This document shows positions 21,001 to 30,707 of a DNA stretch of 45,971 bases, piece after piece. The notes beneath the pieces were generated by a model, which worked only from the letters and a program-made list of their open reading frames with translations, ran no database searches and was not told the DNA's origin. Location: assembly GCA_900128395.1 (NCBI GenBank), contig LT649285.1, positions 1-45,971 on the forward strand, given 5' to 3'. The translations under genes were made by a program, and so were the position numbers. Source of the stretch: Stramenopiles sp. TOSAG23-2. Its lineage: Eukaryota. How positions within the stretch are numbered: position 1 is the first letter of the stretch; the number at the start of each line of letters is the position of its first letter.

Positions 21001-23140
21001 TGCAGTATTCATAGGGTGTGGCATTTTGCCAGCTGGAAGCTGCTATTTAAATATATCATCGTATGAACGAATGAAAAGAGGCAACAATGAGGATAGGCTC
21101 GAAACTTCGATTGAACTATTTAGAAAATTTTCCTCTATCAGTGAAAAAGTGCTACATCAAACTGATTTAAAAGACCGTGATGCAAAAAAACTTGCGAAGG
21201 ATTTGAAAAATGCGGTTGGTCTTTCAATCGGGACAATAGCTTGTAGTGAAGGTATGGCTATAGTTACAAGGGACAACAACCACGCGTTTAAAAAATTCAA
21301 TCGCATAGGCGATCAAGTGATAATAGCAGCTTGTCACAAGTCAATAAATGGAGAATATACAATAAGCGGTTCTATGAGTAAGAGTATAGAATTAAAAACG
21401 CATTTTGATGAACGGTTTGAACATACGTACCATGGCGGTCTCTTAACTTCAAAAGATATTTCAGCGACTAGTGTAGGACCTTTAATTATACCAAGTTTAA
21501 TTGGTGGAGATTTGTCTCAAATTAAAAATAATTGTAATCGTATGACAAGTGTCTTATCTGACATTCTAAACAATGCAATAGATTCAATGTGGAGAAAGAC
21601 ATTCCAAAAGGAGAAGAAGGAAATTGCATATGGCGCTGAAGACAATGCAAATCGCATGGAAGAAGAGGAAATTGAAATGATAAATCAGAAAATTTTACGG
21701 GCAAAAAAAGAAAAAGAAGCTCGTTTAGAGGCAGCTCGTTTGCGGGAAATAGAATTTCTAGCAGAAAGGAATCGTTTAGCTAAAGAGCGTAAAAAAATAG
21801 AAATGGAAATTTTAGAAGAGAAAAAGTTGATTAAATCTATTAAAAAAACTACCGCTGCAAAGCAGAAAGTAATTGCAGAAAAAATTAATAATGATGACAA
21901 TGCTAACAAGCAAAGCAAGGAGAAAATTGTTAGCACAAAACCAACAAAAGAGCCCCCATTGAAGAAAAAAAATAAGAAGAAAAATAAGAAAATCAAAAAG
22001 AAAGGTACAGGCAAGTTGAAAATAAAGAAGGATTCGGATGTAGAAATTTTTTTAGCAACTGCAACACCAAAGGATAAACCAATGGAAGTAGTACTTGAAA
22101 ACAAGGAAAATGCAAGCAAGATGAAAGGTGACAACAATACAGCTAATGAGGAAGAACAAGACGAAGCGGAGAACGATGATTTTCAATTTGACGTTTCAGG
22201 TGGGGATGAATCAGCACCACCACCACCACCAATAAATAACAAGGACTCTATAAATGTAAAAATATTACCTAAAAATACAAAAGGGAACAATAATATTCAG
22301 AAATCTCCTCAACAAAAACTAATGGAAACGTCTGATTTTGAAGTCAATAATGTTGATGAAAATAATTTAACTCTCTTAGCCAGAACAGCGAAAGGGTCAA
22401 CTCCAAAAAATAATAAACCAACAAACAACTACGATGAAACAGAAGAAAAAACGCTAGAAGATTCTCTTGAACAGAAATCGTTAGAAGAGTTACGAAGAAT
22501 GTTAAAGCGTGCTCTTTATAATGAATCTATCGTACGGCAAGCAAATCATCTAGTAAAAACATTGCGAGAAACTGGGCTACAAAACTTTGGAATGACAGTA
22601 GATGCACTAGATCAAGCAAGCGAAGCTTTTGTTGATTCAAATGCGCTTCCAACTATGTATTTAGATAACAAGCCAATTCAAGCATGGTCATGGTCTGGTG
22701 TATATGAGGATATCGTACGTATCGACGAGGATTTATTTAAAGATGAGAATGACAAAATTGAAGAAATAGAAAAAGAAAATAAAGTAAGAAATGCCAAACT
22801 TGAACGTACACTAGACAAGTTTGAACTTGAGACCCAAAAAGCAACTAGAGCAATGAATAAATATGCAGAAAAGCAAAAGAAAATACATCGCAATAAAGAT
22901 TTATTTTCCTACTCCTTTGATAATAATAAACCTGCACCAAAACAACCAGCAAAACCAATATCAATCACCTTGACAAATAGTGACCTAACACCAAAAGAAT
23001 CTAGAGTTGTAAAAAGTTCATTGACTAAAACAAAAGGAATGCAAAATTGGGCGAACAGAATTAAATCAATGAGAAGTAACAAAAGTGAAAATCCGTGGGT
23101 ATCAGAAGATGACAAAAAAAAAAGGAACAAGGAAAAGTAA
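18035..23140 (+). CDS. Large ankyrin-repeat / IQ-motif / SPRY-like protein
   Basis: 1701-aa intronless ORF. Ankyrin motifs (GSTLLHLAA, GCTPLHIAA, GMNMLHHAV), IQ-like motifs (AAITIHSWARRH, ASIIIQKYTRRY), SPRY-like segment (YFEM...VVGCGWD...LFLCING...INFGRKPF) and a charged C-terminus. Confidence 0.9.
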   Translation: MPYDIGSIVNYSDSQDNSVKRAKVISVEKNGAKHKIEYTTIEGSVKIEVVDTSQLNLPKDIHFQAPVIHEGQKQGRRGSVQIYARPVTINGRKQSLEQKVKETPAQRQRRKNKRNKYNSRGRHYEGKTHGHVARANSREIETHQVTKAAITIHSWARRHLVRKHLREKHNASIIIQKYTRRYAAEYQQALRAARDGRIRYLMFISKHIKLDHLKDRNNKTILHVICDVDHVTSKTFNQRFKSASWVKKKYPSLLEKKDKSGHTGSWALQVYAACVIQTIHRSVRSRMNVMFESARRGKLGALKVLLKYSNASDKLYPDSHGSTLLHLAATCKHRENASECIKYISKKYKRMVATKDKDGRLPSHIASFYCSGNNNKCDEVIKTFLTIDEDKSFLTKDKYNQEPIDYISKAGDLATILFLIEKSSQIYSKFVTEDKMKKMISSYASWSSYTDLVKNRSNRVNVDFNSDSSTNFTFDLNSSVTSSMMKHVENYEGMVSFPLFKRFLSFESDNVYFFTSPVEWNAPRHNKISNSHIKKPKFCPSKYFLYFEMCLHGFLGETFDLKVGFTNDAEWKPLTDSALINELAYEEDLEEVLKHWNTNTNNMDTHPVEKESNFFNVNISNLCKTHKVHNVSRTSNVVGCGWDPNDSKLFLCINGKLINEKELQMPSTCSLRPGFSFNKESFKNVLRAMGGDACKIEINFGRKPFVYVPAWKEKLERVQMLNINPHLKNQLGFSLERRPGISGNSWSCNNIVYQWCSAIHKSNSYGTLKQNRMKLFTVYPLIHDIVNSNLSRVQEIMGASENKYFDEMDLRSTNHLINISNETDARSLANQQDGYCLSTWPVEPTNRSILHIASTVTSSTEILEFLLAIRPDDDVMSKVDIDGCTPLHIAARMGNTPALERLCKTLVAKISSAKDSQYALKKIMQLKSNGGMNMLHHAVISGNIDTIDYVLSKNEKIYRHLSNDHNQIYEVEENGKLSWSMLKSAPIHYAVFIGCGILPAGSCYLNISSYERMKRGNNEDRLETSIELFRKFSSISEKVLHQTDLKDRDAKKLAKDLKNAVGLSIGTIACSEGMAIVTRDNNHAFKKFNRIGDQVIIAACHKSINGEYTISGSMSKSIELKTHFDERFEHTYHGGLLTSKDISATSVGPLIIPSLIGGDLSQIKNNCNRMTSVLSDILNNAIDSMWRKTFQKEKKEIAYGAEDNANRMEEEEIEMINQKILRAKKEKEARLEAARLREIEFLAERNRLAKERKKIEMEILEEKKLIKSIKKTTAAKQKVIAEKINNDDNANKQSKEKIVSTKPTKEPPLKKKNKKKNKKIKKKGTGKLKIKKDSDVEIFLATATPKDKPMEVVLENKENASKMKGDNNTANEEEQDEAENDDFQFDVSGGDESAPPPPPINNKDSINVKILPKNTKGNNNIQKSPQQKLMETSDFEVNNVDENNLTLLARTAKGSTPKNNKPTNNYDETEEKTLEDSLEQKSLEELRRMLKRALYNESIVRQANHLVKTLRETGLQNFGMTVDALDQASEAFVDSNALPTMYLDNKPIQAWSWSGVYEDIVRIDEDLFKDENDKIEEIEKENKVRNAKLERTLDKFELETQKATRAMNKYAEKQKKIHRNKDLFSYSFDNNKPAPKQPAKPISITLTNSDLTPKESRVVKSSLTKTKGMQNWANRIKSMRSNKSENPWVSEDDKKKRNKEK

Positions 23141-23548
23141 TTGTGCTATAAATTTTAAATATTTGTGCCTTAGTGCTTGTAGAAGTGTTTACCATTAATA
23201 TTTTTTTATTTGAGAAATCTAATCATAGATATCCTCTTCTTCAAAAAAATTATTACCTCCTTGGTATTAATACTTGGTACTATTATTTTTCGTAAAACAC
23301 GTGATATAATACCTGTATTATAATAGGAAGATACATTTGGTATTAATACTAATACACTGTACTAATTTTTATACGGTGTTATTATGGTTGTTAATAATAT
23401 ATATTGAATATTATTTATTATTTATTCTGGTACTCATCAAATATATATGTGCATATTAAATAGATATATATATATGTAAACATATACATATCATAGAAAA
23501 CATAGAAATAGATTTATACACATAAATAATCCAAATAATAACCAAACA

Positions 23549-25693
23549 ATGAGTGAATTAGCCGCCATTTTAGCTCGTCGAAGGCGAATATCGGATGGGA
23601 ATTTTCTAAGACAAGACAAACCAGTAGAGAGGGATGAAGGGGATAACGTACGTAATAATGATAATAATGACAATAAAAATGATGATAGAAACAATAATAA
23701 AGAGGAAGAAACTATAATTTTTCCACCACCAACGCCTCCGCCAACGCCTCCACCAATTGTACAAATTGAATTAGACAACAACGATTTAAATTCCATCGAT
23801 GATCTTAGGAAACTTGCTGCTGAAACAGATAATATGGCAGCAGAGGTCCTAGAGAAAGACAATACAGATGATAAAAGTACTATTGATAATAATTCAACTA
23901 AAAATATTTTAAGATCACCTGCCTGGCAACCTGGGGATGACAAAGCAGCGTTTGAAGACTCTATAAAGTCCACTGGTGGATTTATCACATCATCTGTGGT
24001 TGAAGTGAACCAGTTGAAAAATAATTTACAAGAAAAGTCAAATAAATTAGAGGATGCAATGAAAACAATAGGGATGCTAGATAAAAATATGAATTCGCAA
24101 CGAGATATAATCAAGTCTTTATTAACCATCTTGGAAGGAACGACTTTAAGTGAAGTACAGAACGAAGAGGTTAAAAAAATGGAAAAACAGTTTCAGCAAA
24201 TTACAAAAGCTACAAGCCTTACACCTCGACGTGTACATACTCGTCAATTTTCAAATGAATCATTTAAAGCTTTTGATGTTGAGGAAGAGGATGATGATGA
24301 TGTAGATAATAATAATAATAATAACACTGGATTTAGATTTGATAATGATGCTAGTGGTAATACAAAAAAAAGTAGTAAGAAAAAAAGAAATACGATGGAT
24401 TTGCCAAATGATGACATGGCATGGCTAGATGATAAGTATGTTGCAGCTCCAAAATCATCAAATGAGGAAGATGGCGCTAAACAGCGGCCTTCGCGTGGGG
24501 CACCAGGTAGAAAAACAACATTGGCTATGATGTTGGATGATAATAACAGTTCGCCAAATGTAATGTCATCGTTATTTGCAAGTATTGATGATGAAAATGA
24601 AAAACAACGGTTATTACGAATTGAAGAGGCGAAAATGATGAAGGAAAATGGTATGGAACCTGTAAGTGACGACGAGGAAGAAGATGAAGATAATGTAAAC
24701 GGCAATGGCTCACGGAATACAAAAACTGGCGACGGGGAATATACAGAGAACAACAACGTCACAGAAGTTTATTCCTCTACTACTACTTTATTTCATAGTA
24801 CTGATGCACAGCGTAATCGTGGCTATCGGATTTTCTTAGATCGTTTAAGAGAACCAGATGCAGCGCCATTATTAAATGATATTAAACGATTTTTAATGTC
24901 TGTATTGATGCCAAACGAAGTTGGGGATGTCTATGAAAATGGAATGATGGATTCCCCATTGGAAGAACGCGCTAGACTTTGGTTTGAATATATGGAAAAG
25001 CGTTTTAGCGAAGATTCATTGTGGAGCAAAGAAAGTAATACTGTGTTGAAAATGGCAAACGAAGGGTTGGAAAAATACGTTATGACGAAGTTGTTTAAAA
25101 TAGCATTTACAGAAATATCAACCCGCACTGCGGAAGATGATACGCTATTTTCAAGACGACGCAAAATTTTAAGATTATTTTTATCACCTGATCATTTAGA
25201 AGTACATAAAGCATGTCGTAGTCAAATGACTGTCAGTTTGGCTAGTGGTGAATTAAATAAATTAAATTCATATCGTGCACCAGCAGATAAATTACAATGC
25301 ATTGTGCGATGTTGCAGTTTTCTATTCAATCAATTATCTGTTAGTAGGGGAAATGACGGATCCAGGCCTGGCGCAGATGATTTCTTACCTGTTTTAATTT
25401 ATGTTTTGTTAAATAGTGAAAATGTCCCGCAAATAAATGCAAACTTGGAATACATCCAAGCTTATCGTAACAAGCAAGAATTGATGTCAAAAGCAGGCTA
25501 CTGTTTAGTCAATTTGCAGAGTTCTGTTGCATTTTTAACCAATGTAAATGGCGAGAGTGGCTTGAAAGGAATGGATAAGGAAGAATTTGATACCAAATTT
25601 GCAATTGCAGAGAAAGCAGTAGAAACTGGTAATTACGACGAAGTGGAGAAATGGAATGTGGGGTTAGATGATTCTTTGTTGGATGATGATTAA
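23549..25693 (+). CDS. VPS9-domain Rab5 guanine-nucleotide exchange factor
   Basis: EGLEKYVMTKLF, YRAPADKLQCI, GADDFLPVLIYV and GYCLVNLQSSVAFL motifs of the VPS9 domain. Confidence 0.92.
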   Translation: MSELAAILARRRRISDGNFLRQDKPVERDEGDNVRNNDNNDNKNDDRNNNKEEETIIFPPPTPPPTPPPIVQIELDNNDLNSIDDLRKLAAETDNMAAEVLEKDNTDDKSTIDNNSTKNILRSPAWQPGDDKAAFEDSIKSTGGFITSSVVEVNQLKNNLQEKSNKLEDAMKTIGMLDKNMNSQRDIIKSLLTILEGTTLSEVQNEEVKKMEKQFQQITKATSLTPRRVHTRQFSNESFKAFDVEEEDDDDVDNNNNNNTGFRFDNDASGNTKKSSKKKRNTMDLPNDDMAWLDDKYVAAPKSSNEEDGAKQRPSRGAPGRKTTLAMMLDDNNSSPNVMSSLFASIDDENEKQRLLRIEEAKMMKENGMEPVSDDEEEDEDNVNGNGSRNTKTGDGEYTENNNVTEVYSSTTTLFHSTDAQRNRGYRIFLDRLREPDAAPLLNDIKRFLMSVLMPNEVGDVYENGMMDSPLEERARLWFEYMEKRFSEDSLWSKESNTVLKMANEGLEKYVMTKLFKIAFTEISTRTAEDDTLFSRRRKILRLFLSPDHLEVHKACRSQMTVSLASGELNKLNSYRAPADKLQCIVRCCSFLFNQLSVSRGNDGSRPGADDFLPVLIYVLLNSENVPQINANLEYIQAYRNKQELMSKAGYCLVNLQSSVAFLTNVNGESGLKGMDKEEFDTKFAIAEKAVETGNYDEVEKWNVGLDDSLLDDD

Positions 25694-26386
25694 GAAAACT
25701 CATTTTTGTACTCTATATACATAAACACGATGTGTGTTATTTAAAAACATCTCTCTATGAGACTCTAGAGAAATATTTACCAGTACCTTTTTAAACTAGA
25801 TTAATTTTTTATATATTATATTTAATTTTAAAAAATAAAAAGAAATAATGCTATGGTGGTATCGGGCATAAGTTGCCCGGATACTTGACGTATTCTACGG
25901 CCTCTATCTAAAATATTGACCATTAATTTTATACTGTTTGTACTCTTATTTACCTATGAAAAACTGTGTAATGGATGAGCGATCACACTTTTTCACAAAT
26001 AATTGGTCTATTTCAGGTCCTCCAATGCTTTGTTATAATCTCCGAACCTAGAAGGATCTAGGAGCTGACCTTCGACCCCGGAAATCGACTTATCTCACTT
26101 TATTGGGCCGGACCATTTCCAGATCGAAAAATTGAAAATAAAAATGTTTTTACATGCCTTGGTTTTGAAAAAAATAAAAAAAAATAAATAATTGCTTCAT
26201 GTTTGGTCAATAACGTGTATCTCTGCAAGTTATTGGCCAATATTAAATCTAAATATATGTGCTAGAAGGTGTATATGTGGCCTACCCAATACAAAAATAT
26301 GTTGCTATAATGGAATAGTCATCGTTTTTATATAGATGTGTATAGTTTAATATATTATAACAAACGAATATTTTTTGATGATGGTC

Positions 26387-26580
26387 CATTTTAGCATATA
26401 AAAGGCATATTTTTGCGCTTTTTTTAGATGAAATGTTCATAAAGTGAGAGACACGATCGCGTCAGCGATAGTTAGTGATAATGCATTTTAGCATATAAAA
26501 GGCATATTTTTGCGCTTTTTTTAGATGAAATGTTCATAAAGTGAGAGACACGATCGCGTCATCGATAGTTAGTGATAATG
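26387..26580. repeat. Tandem duplication, period 97 bp
   Basis: cattttagcatataaaaggc... at 26387 and 26484, one mismatch. Confidence 0.95.
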
Positions 26581-26901
26581 TAAAAGTAGCAACGGAAATG
26601 AATAATAAATATAATAATTGATGATCATCCTTGAGATGGTGGTCAATGAAGCATTTTTAAAAAAGTTATGGGTAATTAAAGTATTGAAAAGTTGTGTTGA
26701 GAGTGTGAGATAAAAATATTAACTTCAATAATGCATTATTTTTATTAAATTCCATGAACATCTGAACGTCTCTCTGATATAAATTAAGGTATTTGTAAAT
26801 TAATATGAACACAGCATAACGATATTTCAGTGGACTACACACATATCCATTTGACATATATATGTGAAAATATATATATATCTATGCATTTTCAGCAGGA
26901 A

Positions 26902-27129
26902 CAGAGGAAATTACACCCATATACAACGAGAAATTCAAAATTTAAAATAAAAACTTTAAAATAGGTTAAATAGACCAAGTTTAATCTATCTTAGATGTAT
27001 GTGAAGTTTTTACACCAGAGGAAATTACACCCATATACAACGAGAAATTCAAAATTTAAAATAAAAACTTTAAAATAGGTTAAATAGACCAAGTTTAATC
27101 TATCTTAGATGTATGTGAAGTTTTTACAC
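26902..27129. repeat. Tandem duplication, period 114 bp
   Basis: cagaggaaattacaccc... at 26902 and 27016. Confidence 0.95.
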
Positions 27130-27771
27130 TCATATCTCATCTAGATCTTTTTTTATTTAAAATCGTTTCTGGGCAACTTATGCCCGATACCACCATACGT
27201 ATTTTATTGTCCATTTAAGCTCAGAACAGTGAAGGATATTTTCATATTTGGTTTTATGTAGTGTTGTATATGATCTATATATATGAGAAATATACAATGT
27301 ACAATATGAGTGTATTAATGTATATATATATATATATATTGTACATTGGACATATGTATGATGGTTACACATGTACTTATTAATATTTGTTTTATGATGT
27401 ATTCTGTACACACATTTGTTGTTGTTTGTTCGAAGTAGTTTTTTACAACAACATGTATATTATTTCATCGTGTTCGTGTGTGCACGTGTGTTTCGTGTAG
27501 CTAGTGGTGTTGCATGCTGGCGGGCCCAGCTGGCATGGCTCTGTCGCTCTGTCGTTGATCTCGCAGCAGCAGCATTGTGCTATACCTTCCACAACAAATT
27601 AAAACTATTCACTATGGGGAAAATTTATAGTAAAATACAACTACACAGTATATAGCGTACTCTAGCTACCAATTAGTCTACACGTATGCTCAGTGCTACG
27701 CGAGGAGGAGGAATTAGAATTAAGATAATAAATGGATAATATACTGGATACCACTTGAACTTATAATTTCA

Positions 27772-27983
27772 ATAATTAATCTCGAGACTAGATAGATAGA
27801 TAGATATAATAGATAGATTGATCGACAGTTATAAATAGTGGTACAACGAAATATAAAAGGTACATCCAAGTAAAATTATAATTAATCTCGAGACTAGATA
27901 GATAGATAGATATAATAGATAGATTGATCGACAGTTATAAATAGTGGTACAACGAAATATAAAAGGTACATCCAAGTAAAATT
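27772..27983. repeat. Tandem duplication, period 106 bp
   Basis: ataattaatctcgagactag... at 27772 and 27878. Confidence 0.95.
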
Positions 27984-28161
27984 GCTTAGTAACGGTCGTT
28001 GTAATATTTCTACTTTTTGTAAGCACTAGTAACTTTCGCTACAAGAAATTGTTGTAACTTTTTCATTGAAACAGTATCTGTCATCATTATACATCATCTA
28101 AAAACCATATACGTATTTGTAATATTTATTTATACAATTATTGAAAATACAAGAAGAAGCT

Positions 28162-30703
28162 ATGGCTACAGTAACTGATGAACGAGTTTCCTCAACGGAG
28201 GTGGAAACCAAATCTATAGGGATGGATGGTGGCTCAGGTTAGTAAATTCTATTCCCCTAAACCTAAAAAAGATATCCTCTCTAACACATCATCCACAGGT
28301 CATTCCAACTGTATGAAGTGCAGGTTCGCGTGCCATACATTTGGGCCAATCAGCACAGCATATTTTGTAATTGGAGTATCAGGTTTGTATGTAGGTAATT
28401 TAAGAGCAGATGCAAATTACATTGTGCCATTTTCACTTGTTGTTCGATTTTATCTAATTTTCTTATCTTTATTCCTCGGATGGTTTCAAGATGCTGAGGT
28501 TATGAGGCCATGCTTTGAAAAAGTTGGTTGCAAAAGATCAAAATGGGGGCGGCGAGCACCACATGCAACTTATGCTTTGGCTTGCCTATTCATCTTGAGC
28601 TTTTTTACTTATAGGCCATCGAAATGGGCTGATATGGCTACAGAAGTCAAATCAACAAGAACGTTAAATGGACTAGATATAAGTAGAATTCGCGTCTATA
28701 GCGAGAGTAATAATTATGGCGAAAGTGACGTATGGGAAGATTTTGATTTCTCTAAGCCATACACTGATTGTTCAAAAAAAATGGATGTAACATCTAGTGC
28801 AACAAATGGAACAATCTATCACTTCAATGAAACACGTACGACAGCAAATGGTATAGAAGTAAGTAGATAAATTCTAGTCTTACCTATTTCTACATCCCGT
28901 TTTAAATCCCCCCAGTTAAAAAAAACACATTCGTTCATGAATATAATCTATATTCCGATTCCTCTTCATCCGATTCTGATTCTGATTCAAGCGATAACGG
29001 TGTTTCAAATAAATTCTATCTTACCTAAATCTAAGAAGAATATCCTCTCATCTAACACATCACTCTTTCATATATGTTACACTATATAGTTGCCAATATT
29101 TGGAAATCGAATTTGTGAAGCATTAGTTGCAAAAAATTCCGTTTGCTGGCCTGGACCAACTGGATCAAGTAAAGTAGGTGATGGCGGGCCACGACGTTGT
29201 GCTTTTATAGCTAGTGAGGTGATGGGAATTCATTTTTTCTTCATGGCAATTTTAGGATATTATTTTTGTGAGACTTGTTGGCAAAGTGGCACTGCTGCAA
29301 CATATGAAGTATATCCATGGAAAGAAGAACGAACACAATTGAAAACATTTCATGGCCCAATATTCAGTTTGGGGCTACTTCAATATTTTATTGCATTTGC
29401 ATTTGTGACAACACAATCAGAATTAGGAGCTCGGCCGAATGGTGCAATAGGATTACGTAATACGATTGCAATTTTCGTTGCTGTTGTAAATCTTCCAAGT
29501 TTCATGTCAATTGAGATGCTGAAAGATGCAAGGCAATCTCATGAAAAAGATATGAAGGCAAAAAATCCAATTCCGGAATATAAGGATATTTTAACTGGCC
29601 CATCAACACGGCCAATGAGATTTATTTATTTGAATACTTTTTTTAGCAATGTAGGCGGGAGTATAACCAATGGCACATTTTGGTTCCTGTGTTATTATGT
29701 GTGGGCCATCCCAAGAGAAAGTGCTGGATTCATTCTATTTGCCTTTGCAATCTCTGGATGGATCGTTCAAGTTGTTTTTTCTATTATATGGGGACATTTA
29801 GTATTTGGTGTGAAGTCAAAAAAAGGAAGAGAACATTCAATTGATCCAAGAAAGTACACATTAATTTGTGAGGCGTTACGAATTGTTGTCAACATTGGCC
29901 TTTGGTTCACGTTGTTGGCACCTATGCCTTATGAGGACATGGTGAATGGAAAAAAATCTACTGGTAAGTAAAACCATCCCCGTGTAAACTTATAGTAGAA
30001 AAAATCATATTCCCTAACATTTTATAACCTGATTATACTATGTTTCACAGGTATACCTTTCATATTGACAGCTTGGATTGGCGGACCTTTTGCATCAATG
30101 TTACCATTTTGGGAAGCAGCAGCATGGGGATGGGGCATGGATTATGATACTCAACATCACATTGCAGCTGGTACACGGAAAAGAAGAGAAGCATATCTGC
30201 GATCGGTCTCAGCTGGAATTCGCGGAGTTGGTAATTTTATCGGAATCGCAATAGTGAATTCTTTAACATTAGGTGCTGCACCAGTGTGTGATACTACATT
30301 AGACACAGAAACGCAGACGAGAGACTGTCAATCTTCTTTATATGCAATGGCATTTGCAGGATCAATTGTGTTAATGACATGTCGTTGGTTTGTTATATTC
30401 TTCTATCCTCTAACAGGGGAACCGTTAAAAAACTTATATTTGAAACAAGGAGAAGTTCATCTTGCCCATAAAGACACCGCATCCTGGAAAACGGTGGTAG
30501 ATCCGTCGACTGTCAATGCTGCTATAGTTGTTTCTCAAAAGCCAGTTGCTCAAGTGATGGAAGTTACATTACCAGAAGGTGCTACTCCAGGTATGGAATT
30601 GGAATATCCTTTAAGCAATGGAACAAAAGTAAAAGTAGTTGTTCAAGAAGGGCAAAAGGCTGGTGATAAGGTGACCATAAGTATGAATGGCAATGTTGCA
30701 TAA
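28162..30703 (+). CDS. GPH/MFS_2-family (MelB/MFSD2-like) transporter; exons 28162-28237, 28299-28858, 29090-29963, 30051-30703
   Basis: Multiple TM helices and family-like motifs RSKWGRRAP, EVYPWKEERTQL and GTRKRREAY. Three GT-AG introns join the ORF-track pieces in frame. C-terminal VTLPEGATPG...VQEGQKAG module. Confidence 0.8.
28238..28298 (+). other. GT-AG intron, 61 nt (subfamily A)
   Basis: gttagtaaattctattcc...gatatcctctctaacac...ccacag. Phase 1, AG|GT...AG|GT. Confidence 0.85.
28859..29089 (+). other. GT-AG intron, 231 nt (subfamily A with internal insertion)
   Basis: gtaagtagataaattcta...ataaattctatc...aatatcctctcatctaacac...tatag. Phase 0, frame preserved. Confidence 0.85.
29964..30050 (+). 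other. GT-AG intron, 87 nt (diverged subfamily A)
   Basis: gtaagtaaaaccatcc...atattccctaaca...tcacag. Phase 1, G|GT. Confidence 0.88.
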
Positions 30704-30707
30704 AATA

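Larger units (their letters stand above)
25852..27197. mobile_element. Non-autonomous DNA transposon of about 1.35 kb; 28-bp TIRs with TA at both ends
   Basis: tatggtggtatcgggcataagttgcccgga (25852-25881) matches the reverse complement of 27168-27197 with 1 mismatch. No transposase ORF recognised inside. Confidence 0.75.

Noticed and set aside
28272-28285. ATATCCT inside introns as a U12-type AT-AC 5' splice site
   Set aside because: It lies immediately before the branch motif, and the reading frames are restored using conventional GT donors upstream.
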